Shown: positions 49,943 to 60,274 of the stretch, piece by piece
Layout: every line of letters begins with the position of its first letter
How positions within the stretch are numbered: the stretch's first letter is position 1
Source of the DNA: Guillardia theta CCMP2712
Taxonomy: Eukaryota; Protista; Cryptophyta
Assembly: GCF_000315625.1 (NCBI RefSeq)
Contig: NW_005434666.1
Location: 62,001 to 126,000 of the forward strand
Direction of reading: 5' to 3'
DNA length: 64,000 nt
The notes under the pieces: model-generated
Told to the model about the DNA's origin: nothing
The model's input: the letters and a program-made list of their open reading frames with translations, nothing else
Databases searched by the model: none
Translations under genes and position numbers: made by a program

Positions 49943-52053
49943 TCTCGATTATAGCTTCACCCAGCTAGGCAACTCGTAGTCTGCTGATCACATGTCTCTA
50001 GCCTTCAATTCCTACCCTCATGTTGAAGAATTCCCATGCATCCCATGGCATCCGTCTGCACTCTAGGGTTTCGTCTCTCCCAGCCTTACTTTCGCTCTAT
50101 CCTCCACATCACGATCCTCGTCGTCGCATCAGCTGGCCAGCACCAAGGTGATGGCTCCATTGTCACACCATCCAGCCAACACAAAGAGAATCCTCACATG
50201 GCACCATCTACCGACTCGATCTCTCCTGCAACTGCACATGCTCTCATCCTCCCCTCCATTGTCTGCGTCCCTCCTCCTCTACCCTCCATCCTTACTTGAT
50301 CGCCGACCGTGCGGACATGACGCAGATCAGATGGTGAAGGGGTGGGGGTTATTTTGTGGGGGGTATCTCAATTTTGGGTAGGGTGTATGGACATACCGGT
50401 ACTGATATCAACATCCTGATCTCTAAAACATTTATATCTATCTCAGAGGGGTGTGCAAAAGACAAAGAGGGTGATTGTATGCAAGGGTGTGTAATATGTG
50501 GTAGGGTGGTATTCATAGGGGGTACCTCCAGTATAACCCTCTACTGGACACGACATCTATCCACCCCCCACCCCGACAACTTGGCCCTACCACAGCTGAG
50601 ACTCTTACCCCCCAAAGAAACCTTTAAAGTACCCCTACCTTGACTACCCGTCATGGAGATAAGTCACTAATAGCTACTACCCCTTCTTGATATACCCCTT
50701 CAAATCATATCACTAGTACCGGTGTACATTGCACCACCACCCCACCCTGGATCCTTCATTACTGTACTACCCAGATTGTACCAATCCAATACCCCACCCC
50801 TTTCACTCCAAGAGATCTGAGCGGATACAGACCGGTGGTTGACGTTGTGCCAATGGCCGCAAGTCGGGGAGGGGAAGGAGAAGAGGAATGGCGGGAAGGA
50901 AGGAGTTTGCAGTTTGAGGATCACAATGACGATTCACTGAGACTGACGATCTTTAGTTAGCCCTCAATTCAAGAAGAAGAAGACGAAGTGGAAGATGACG
51001 ATTGAGGGAAAGGAATGTTGAGGGAGGTTTTAGTGCCAGTACAATCTTCACTTGGTAAATTCATCTAGGTGGGGCACGAGACCAATAGGGAGGATGAGGG
51101 GCAGAGAGATCCAAGTTGCCCTAGTTTGTAGTGCGAGGGTAAGAGTGGTTGCCAAACAAGAGAGCGTAGAAGTAAGCAGAAAACTAGCAAGAGGCGGTGT
51201 TAAGTTTAAGCGAAAGCGTACTTTTTCTCTGTATCGTACTTGACTGGTCAAGGCTCTGGATCATTGAGTCGAATGGAACTATTTTCTCTGATGGATTTGG
51301 TTTGCAGTGCCATAGAGACCAATGCTCTCGTGAGACGAAGGGACCAGGTTGTACATCTTACTTTCAAGGCGAGAAGGGAAGAAACCGATAGGAAGCTCGA
51401 AAGAATCGAAGTCTTGGAGGAACATGTGGGACTACATCTACAAGTATCTCGTCAACTTCCTCGTCTTTGTTCGCATGCATTGCCCCTGCGGTCGAATGTC
51501 GAGAGCTCAACCTCGCCAACCTCTGGAGTCCATGGCCTGAGAGCAGAGATGAGGGAGGGGAACGTGTGATGGTGAACAATTCGTAACAGGGGAACACACT
51601 GATCTTCTCAATGTGCACTTTGTCTCCCTGTATTCAGTTATTCGGGGATTCGGGGCAGTGAATGTTTTCGTTTTTTGTGTTTGCTCGATCGTTTTTTGGG
51701 TTCATATGAATTTCTCTGATATAATCACCCTTAGAAGATTCCTTGCCTGCCTGTACACCTCCTTCAATCCTTCTTGCTTCTACAACCCCTCCCTTCCTCC
51801 CTCCTTCCTTCCTCCCTCCTCCCTCCTCCCTCCTCCCTCCTCCCTCCTCCCTCCTCCCTCCTCCCTCCCCCTTCCTTCAGGCTCCTCACGAAGTTCATTC
51901 GTCTCACCATCGCCACCACCCCCATTTTTTCACTACCCACCCTCATAATATAGCTTCTACTACCCCTTCTTTTAATACTTGATACCCCACCCACTTGCAT
52001 CATCTAATAATATAGAGAGCGGGTTCGCGTTTCAGTCATAAAGGCCTGCCGCC

Positions 52054-53380
52054 ATGGCGGGGCCGCGCGCAGCGACGAGCGGGCTGGCTCTGCTAGTACC
52101 GCTCCTCCTCTGTTTATCTCTGGCGAACATGGCCTCTTGCTTCATGCTCGCGCCTGTGCAGACGCCTCGAGCCCTGAACTTGCGCAAGACTGCGGCAGTC
52201 ACTTGCCCTGCTCCTCGGAGTTTGTGCTCAGCGAAGGGTAGGAGTGGACTTCAAAGCGTGCAAGGCTCGCTGACTGCGCCACCACGACTATGGGATGCAG
52301 CGAAGGAAGGAAACTATGATGTGTTCAATGCCGTGCTGCCTGGTCTGAATGTGATTTCTGCCGCTCCTGAGGCTAAAGAGATCAACATCATGGAAAGGGT
52401 GGGGGCGAACAAGGCGCTGGTGGTCTTCATGCGCCATGCTGGCTGACCTTTCTGTTGGGAGCTTGCAGCTCAGTTGAACAAGAAGTTGGACATCATGAAG
52501 GAGAATGGTGTAGAACTTGTTGTCGTCACTGTCGCAAGCCCCACAAAGCTGCAGGAGTTCATCGCAGCAGCGGAGTCGCTTCCCGCGGAGTACTTGTACT
52601 GCGACCCGTCTCTCTCCTCCTACCAGGTGGCGGCGAGCAGGAGGATGGTGATCGGTCTGACTTGTCTTGCTCAAGGCTCTGGAGTTTCTTTCCAAGTTCG
52701 GCTTCGAGAATGGAGCTTTCCAGACCGGAACTCTCATTCTACGGAGGATTGCGGAGAGAGGAAGGGAGGGGCTGAAAGAAATGTCTACTGCCACCAAGAA
52801 CTACACCAAGGTATGATCCTGCCTGTGTTTCAACTCGACTGCTCGGACCCCTCCCCTCCCTCCTTTTCTTCCTCCCCTCTCCTCTTCTCTCCCATCCCTC
52901 ACCTTCTCCACCTTCTCCACCCTCTCCCCTGCCCTCCCTCCTCTTCTCTCTCCTCCCGTCTCCTCTCCCCACCCTCATCCTCTTTCCCCATTCCCCTCTT
53001 CTCTCCTCTTCCTTCGTCCTCCTACCTCCCAACACTGTTAGCTTCTACTCTGCTTCCGACTGACTCACCATGTGTCAGTTCTCCCCCGTCGGGCTTGTCT
53101 CGGGCAAGGCCTTCTCCACGGAGGATTTGGACGGCGTCATGCAACTGGGAGGCGCTTTTGCTTTGCAGAACAACAAGGTACGACCATCGAGTTGCAATGA
53201 TGGACCTGTTCTGTCTGCTCGTTTTCATGATATGTTTGTTTTCTCCATTCACTCAGATGCTTCACTTGCTATCTCCCCTCATGCCCTGCTCAGGTTGTCT
53301 TTGCGCATCGCGATCTGGGCGTGGCCGATCACTTCGACATCGACGAGTCCCTTCGATCTCTCGGAGTCATGGCAGCCTAA
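52054..53380 (+). CDS. plastid-targeted peroxiredoxin-like (AhpC/TSA-2, PRXL2/SelU-like) selenoprotein; Sec codon TGA at 52444-52446
   Basis: Exons 52054-52626, ~52676-52810, ~53079-53177, ~53294-53380; LVVFMRHAG-U-PFCWELAAQL continues in frame to YLYCDPS..Y.AL, QLGGAF, FAHRD..VADH; SECIS in the 3' UTR. Confidence 0.92.
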
Positions 53381-53420
53381 ACTGAGCCACCGATTGCTCT
53401 CTTGCTCTGCCTGCCTGTGA

Positions 53421-53500
53421 AAGTCTGTTGAGGAGCTGAATGACGCGCGAGACATCAATGTCTTTGACAATGCTCGTGGCTGAAAATCTCCAAAGGACTG
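53421..53500 (+). promoter_or_regulatory. eukaryotic type II SECIS element
   Basis: ATGA core 53440-53443, ~10-bp helix II (gcgcgagacat/atgctcgtggc), unpaired AA 53457-53458, apical mini-stem tgtc-ttt-gaca, 3' TGAA 53481-53484, helix I ggag/ctcc and agtc/gact. Confidence 0.85.
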
Positions 53501-53639
53501 AAGAGGAGAGGAGGAGGAGAGGCTCACGCAGGAAAGAATAAAACTCTTGCTCGGCTCAGACCTAAAGGGCATACTCTTGATCTTGATCGCTCGAGCTGCA
53601 TCAGGGCTGTCAGGCAGACTCAGTAGAGGCTGAGATCGC

Positions 53640-56600
53640 TCACCTCGTCCTTTGCGGCTTCTTGCCGTGTCTCATACCCTTCTTGGGAGCTGGGGTCTTG
53701 ACAGAGACGATCTCAGGTTCAATCACCCCAACCTCACCCAGCTGCTCCTCCTCCGACTCCTCCGAGATCTCCTCCTGCTCAAGTCGTTCACAACGCTCTC
53801 GTCCATCCCGCAGGTATCTCACGTCTTCGTCTCGCTCCCTCTGCAAAGGATGATGCTCCAACGCCTCGAGATCCTGTCTCGACAGTCAGCCACCTCACGT
53901 GCAAGGCTGCTCGACCATCAAGCCTTCCTCCTCCGCGTCCTCGTGTGGCCCTTGCTCCTGGTCCCTCTCAGTCTCTGCGATTCAATGCGTTCATACGGCA
54001 GCAAGGGGAGGAGGGAGGGAGTCACCGGCCTCTGACTCTGACTCCGACAAGCCCTCAATGGCCGGGGCCTTCCTGCTCTCCGGCACTTCGAACATGTGCC
54101 GGTTCTTCAGACGGGCGTACTGACTGGGCAGGCTCGGGAGTCGTGGGGTCCAGCGCTTGAGGGAGTAGATGTGGCAAGCGGCGATGAGGAGGGATGCCTG
54201 CTCAGGAGTTAGAGGGCAAGACGAGCAGGAGGGGAGGGGTACCAGCAGCAGGGATCCCCCAAAGACTGCCACGTCCCACTCGGACTGCTGGACAACGAAG
54301 GAGGGGCTAAAGGGCAGGTCGTACGTGTAGCTGTCGACTGATCCTGACTGATACGTTTCTGGCATGTCCCCAGAGCCCACCTGCACCTGCGGGAGAGGGT
54401 CATGAGCGTCACTAGAGCTCGCGCGAGGTATCGAGGATGAGGATCGATTATGAAAGGTATTGGATGTCAGGGAGGAGGGAGAAGACAAGGAAGGAGGGAG
54501 GAGGGAGGAGAGAAGAGGGGGGAGGGAGGAGGGAGGAGGGAGGAGGGGTATCCTACCGCGACAGGGAGGTTCAAGTTTGCCCCAGCTAAGAATGTTGTGC
54601 ATCTTGGAACAACACAGGAGACAGCTGAGTTCGACTGGCAGTCTCGTCACTCGAGAGATCACCTCCAGACTGACCGCAAACTTACCAGCCACCGGGTAGC
54701 CGAGCAGGAGCTGTCACCAACAGAGGCCTTGGGGGAGTAGTCGTGAACTCCATAGTGGTTCCCGATGATGGTGATGGTGTTTTCCCCCATCGCCGGCCCG
54801 TTGACGTCAGAGGGGTACAACACTTGAGGGGGGAAGTACCCCAACTCCCTCATGTACACTCCCGACTGCTGCCCTCGGACCACCTGCAGGGGGATCTGAC
54901 CCCCAACCCCGGGGCCGGACGTCCCGGAGGAGATCTTGCAGATGAGCTGAGAGTCTGAGAGCCATGTGGTGGAAGCGCAAGCCGTGTGGCCCACTAGGGC
55001 GAGCGCGTTGACGTCTGCGTTGGACGAGCTGGCCAGAGGGTCATTGGTGCTGCCGAAGTTCTGACCCTTGATCGTGATGTCAATGTTTCCTGTGCTTGGG
55101 ATGTTAGAAACAGACACTTGAGCGATGTAAGGACGATCGTAAGAGAAGGCCACGCTGGCATTCGAAGCGACTACTCCTTTCTTCGCTAGAGACAAGGTCG
55201 TCGGCAGCTTCCTGGAGTTCCCAGCTTGTACCGTACACGATATGCTCGAGTCGCTGGTCCACGTCAGCTGCCGGCAGGATGTGGCTCCGATCTGAGCGAC
55301 ATGCTCATAAGCTGCGGTGGTACCGAAGTTTTCGCCGAGGATGGTCATGCGGGAGCCTCCAGTCGTTGGGCCGTTGAAAGGGCGGAGGCTCGTGATGGCT
55401 GGAGCCTTGTATGAGAAGATCCCTGACGCGTAGCCTGCCTGCCCGACCACTGTAGCAACGACGACTCCGCATCCTTCTTCGCCACACACCGCCGATCTCA
55501 CCCCAGCTGGGGCACGGCAGACGAGGGAGGAGTCGGAGGTCCAGGTGGAGGCAACACACGCAGTGTCGCCCAGTCTTGCTCGCGCTGACGAGTCCCATGC
55601 TCCGAAGCCGAGGCCATAGATGGTGATCGAGCTCTCTCCTACCGCTCGCGCGCTCGCGGGGTGCAGCGAGGATATGGCAGGAGCTGCGAAAGAGATTCCA
55701 GAGCCATTCCATGCTGCGAAGGTGGTTCCGACCGTCAGCTGCAGGGCTCTCGAGGCGCCGAGACCCGGGGAGGTCGTGCAGACAACGACTGAGTCAGACA
55801 ACCACTCGGTAGCCGAGCATGCAGACTGCTGCGCGCTGAGCTTGACAGACTTGATTTCCGATGAGGAGACGAACATGCTCCTGTCCCTGCTGCACCAGGT
55901 GCTGTTGCACTCCAAGGTGCCGAAGTTGCGCCCGAAGGCTGTGATGCGGAGGTTGCCGGTGGTTGGCGACAGGACGGGGGAGGCAGACGTGATGGTAGGC
56001 GCGTCGAACGAGAAGGCGTTGCTCAGCTGCGCGATCTGACTACCAGCCGTGTCATCCAACGCCAACGTGACCGTGTGGGCCGCGCCGATGCCAGGAGGAG
56101 TCCTGCAGACAAGACTAGAGTCCGACACCCACCTGAGCGTTATGCACTGCGAGTGAGCGATGGAGGCCCCGAAAGTCCCCGGGTTGTTGCAACAGCCAGT
56201 CCCTTGACAGGCGGGACAAGATTGCTTCGGAGTCATCTTGCACAGATACGCGTTGGCGAAGATCTGGTTGGCTTCAAACAACGTGGATGTGCCGGAAGAT
56301 GCTTTTGTTTCGCAGCTCACCCCATCCTTGACATACCCGGAGACGACATGGGCAGGGCAGGGCACGTACGTCACCTCGCCGCTGCTCGAGACGCTTGAGG
56401 GACACTGGTTCACCACGAACGAGTTTGACCTGGGGATGCTCCGGTCGCTGATGTCTCTACAGGCAAGCTTCACAGCAGCAGCATCCCCCGCGTTGAGCAC
56501 ACTCCGTCTGAACTCAGCCTTGGCACATGCGATGGGGTCATGGGCGAGGCTGAAAGGAAGGATGCTCCACCAGGTGATGTTGACAGGAGCAGAGCCGATC

Positions 56601-58063
56601 TCTTGACCCACGTAGAACCTCCCTGACCCGGGGATGTTGAAACCCGTGATGCACTGCGACGGCTGCTGCTCATCGAAGAGGATGTACTCTCCGTCTGCGA
56701 TGCAAGTCAGTGATGAGACGGGAAAGGGTGGCGCTTCTACAACAACAGCAACACACCGTGTATGTAGTAGTCGCATTGCGACATCAGTATCGGATTGAAG
56801 TCTGAGCCCCATCCGAAGTTTCTTCCAAGGATCGTGACGGCCTCAAAACCTCCCGGAGGTCCGTTGTTCGGGGAGATGCCATACACCTCTGGCTTGTCGT
56901 AGGAGAAGGCGTTTGCCAGGCCCTTTGGGTTCTCGCTTCGCCTTCCGGCAGCAGCAAGAGGCTGTCTGTTCAGGTCTACTCTCACGTTGTGCGCTGACCC
57001 AGTCCCTCTCGGGACTGCATTGCACACCACAGTAGAGTCTGAGACCCAGGAGGAGTAGATGCACTTGCTGTCCCCTATCATGACGTCTACAGTCGTTGAG
57101 GGAAACGTCCCAAAGTTCTTTCCAAACACAGTCATCGCTGACAGGCCGTAGGGAGCTGCGTTTGCCGGGGAGATTTGAGACTCATATGGAGCATCGTAGG
57201 AGAAATAGTTTGCAAGGCTCCTCACCTACGAAAGCATCACAAAGAAATCTTGCTGCTGCTGCAACTTACGTCCATGCATCGTCCTGCCGTTACATTCACT
57301 GTGAGGTCATAAGACAAGCCAGGAGCGCTGATCAGAGTCAGAGATGAATCCGACGTCCATGTCACGTTCTGCCCCTTCGTCTGGCCCAGCGAGGCATCGA
57401 CGTAGAGGCAAGGAGGGGATCCTACCAGAGTGTGAGAGGTGTGAGAGAAGAGACAAGGGTGGAGCATAGAGAAAGGTATAGGAGAGAGAGAACAAACTGC
57501 TGGACCTGAGCTTTGACAGGGAGTGGAGGACAGCTCGGCTGCTGTACAGGGCGAGGGGGCATACCCGAATCCGATCCCGAAGACGGTGAGGACAACTCCT
57601 CCTGCTCAGGAGCCATCTCAGCCGAGACATGGCTAGTAAGGGGAAGCACCGACCTGTTGCAGGACTGTTCCAGTGCCATGAGCCGCTCTCAGAGGAGTAC
57701 CTCCCTCCTTTCGGGCTCTTCAAAAGGTCCTTGATCGCTTGTTGATAATTTTGGGCAGAGATCGCAAGTGCAGAGGCATCCGAGTAGGAAGGTGGCTGCT
57801 GCCCTTGGTAGTAGGAAGCAGGCCTGAGAGAGGAGGGACATCGTCAGCGGCACATGCGCATAAGGGAGTAGCTACCATCGACTCTGCGTCGCTGCCACTA
57901 ACTCCTCGTACCATGCTGAGTTGGATTGAAAGGGTGCTAAAGCAAACAGAGAGCTGTTGGAATTAGTTGTCGAGCTTGCTGTGCATATGGAGGCGTTGCG
58001 AGAAAGAATAAAGGAAAGTAGAAATTGAAGGAAGAGGCTCCGTCTGGCGCGGGAGAGCGCCAT
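53640..58063 (-). CDS. large IPT/TIG-repeat single-pass membrane protein
   Basis: Signal peptide MALSRARRSLFLQFLLSFIL; about 8 repeats of FSYD.P.I...G..G...ITI.G.NFG...C....W.SDS...C...G; TM near 54270-54170; acidic tail; 3' end may extend to ~53455. Confidence 0.88.
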
Positions 58064-58330
58064 GAGACAGTTTGACAGTGGGAATCAAACAGCCTCGAAC
58101 TTGAGATCTCCAGGTAACATGCTCGAGCGCTACATTGTATGAAGCCGGGTCAGCATGACTTGTTTGCTTCCGTGAGAGGCATGGGAGACTCTCGTGGTGT
58201 TGTCCTTTGATCTCTAGCTTCGAGTCTCTGCTCGCACACCCTCAAGCATCGCCTTCCAGTGTCCCGTGGCCCGAGTCTTGTGGCTCACCAGCACCTTCCT
58301 TCACCTTCCTCCCTCAAGTCTGTTCGTTCC

Positions 58331-58465
58331 TGCACCTGCTTGTCCTCCCGTCCTCCTCTTCCTCTTCCTCTTCCTCCTCTTCCTCTTCCTCCTCCTCTTC
58401 CTCTTCCTCCTCCTCTTCCTCCTCTTCTTCCCCTTCCTCTTCCTCTTCCTCCTCTTCCTCTTCCT
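58331..58465. repeat. (cct/ctt)n polypyrimidine simple repeat
   Basis: Visible in the sequence. Confidence 0.9.
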
Positions 58466-58579
58466 AGTTCTCCTGGTTCTCTCAGTCTCTACAGTCACTT
58501 GGCGTGAGGGATCGCGACTTGTAGCCTGACAAGAGGGACCTACTACCCCCCCCGAAGAAGAATTTTTGAATAATTCATT

Positions 58580-59270
58580 AGCTTAATCAGTTTCGAACAG
58601 CAGGCCGGGCCCCCCGGGGTATCGTACGGTCACTGAGTCAGGTGACCGGGGCCCGCCCTCACCGTCTGCCGACCAGGAACCTGGCCGAAAGATCAGTACG
58701 AGGACAATCAGGAGAGACGAGGAGGCTTGACCCTGACACTGTCGCACAGGCCAAACGGCGAGAAGAGAAAAGACAGCGAGAACCAAACCCAATCCTGCCA
58801 ACTGCTGTCCCCCAAACTTAACTCATACCTTCACTTAACTGCGCGCTGGACAATCCCCCAGCGCCGCCATGCCAGCGATGTCGCTGCGGCCGCCGCCGAA
58901 GGAATGAGACGCACTGGCATACCGGACCGCACCTGCGATGATCGCACCGAAGGACAGGGAGGCCTTGAGCTGACAAAAGATCCTCGACCGGATGCGTTTA
59001 CAAGTCGGATCACCTGAGACGTCTTGCGAGGCCGAGAGACCATCCAGCGCTGCCGTTTCCTTGTTCGCCGAGCGATCCGCCAACCACCACAGAAAGCGCA
59101 ACGCATCATCCTTGACCAGCCGCCGAGTACGGTCAGGTCCGAGTCACCAGCCCAGGTCACAGTTGGACACTGAAAGTGGGGCAAGGCTCCGGTCGGGGGC
59201 GCGGCCCGGGCCGCGCCGGGGGCCCGGTCCGGTCCACGACGGTTGCGTCAGAAACGGTTGTGACGAATGG
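58580..59270. repeat. GC/CpG-rich mosaic island carrying copies of 740-810 and ~9056-9250
   Basis: Direct sequence matches within the window. Confidence 0.75.
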
Positions 59271-59661
59271 TATTTGACCCTCAATTCTTTAATCATCGAC
59301 ACCCACCATAAGTTTTATGATACCCCTATTTTGACTGTGATATACTTGATAAAGGGTAGGTAGTTGATACCCCCTACCCCTCTATTTGGGACCCCCACCC
59401 TGTCTTCGACAACATCGTGCTTCACTCAAGCACCTCTTGCACTACTCGCTCCTCCGCTTTCTGCTCCTCCTCTTGCCTTCGCTTCCTTCGCTTCCCTCGC
59501 TTCCCTCTGGAGCTTCCCTCGCTTCCCTCGCTTCCCTCGCTGATCTGTTGTGTCTGCAAGGCTCGTGCCGTCTTGTGTCCCCTCCCTCATCCGACTCTTC
59601 TCATCCTAGCTTGGAGTGGTGCATAAAACCCCTTCCCCTTCGACAGCACTTCCGTTCTCAA

Positions 59662-60112
59662 ATGGCCCAGAGAAGCTTTTGGAAGAGCCCGCATCTCATT
59701 CACAACACGCTCAAGTTCGGCACTCTCCCAGTGCTTGCATTTGTCACTCGCCACCTATGGTGTGGTACTCCTGCCCCTCCAGAAGATTTGAGTGAACGGT
59801 ACAAGTACTTGCAAGAAGTGACGGATCAGAACAAGAAGGCACTCCAGGCAAGCTCATGAAAACATGCTGTGACTTGTCGTTCATGCGTGATAGAACTTTT
59901 GTCGTGTGTCCCTGGTCGCCTGCTTGTTGATTGCATGCAAAACCTTGTGTTCTTGTCCAGGAGCTGAAGAGTTGTTGCATTAGGAACTTCTGGATGCTGC
60001 AAAGGAGGGAAAACCAGGAGGACACCAGAAAGGACAGTCATGGAATGGAACGTATACAACTCATGGGCCTTGGGATGCTCCGGTAAGAGCTCCACGCCAG
60101 TCGAGCGAATGA
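59662..60112 (+). CDS. small hypothetical membrane protein, possibly with a GC-AG intron
   Basis: MAQRSFWKSPHLIHNTLKFGTLPVLAFVTRHLW...KALQ|ELLDAAKEGKP...*. Confidence 0.45.
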
Positions 60113-60274
60113 TCATGTTCGAATTACAAAAACAGCCAGAAAGCGAGACAGTCCCAGTGTGTGTTTGGGAGGGGGCGGGGAAGCAGGAGTCGGGAGGAGG
60201 ATGGTAGAGAAATGCAGAAGGAGCATTAGGAGATGGAGAAGAGGAAGAGGGAGAGGAAGAGGAAGGGAAACAAA

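Noticed and set aside
52054-52446. Premature stop implying a pseudogene
   Set aside because: The TGA aligns to the redox Cys position, downstream exons are intact and a SECIS is present
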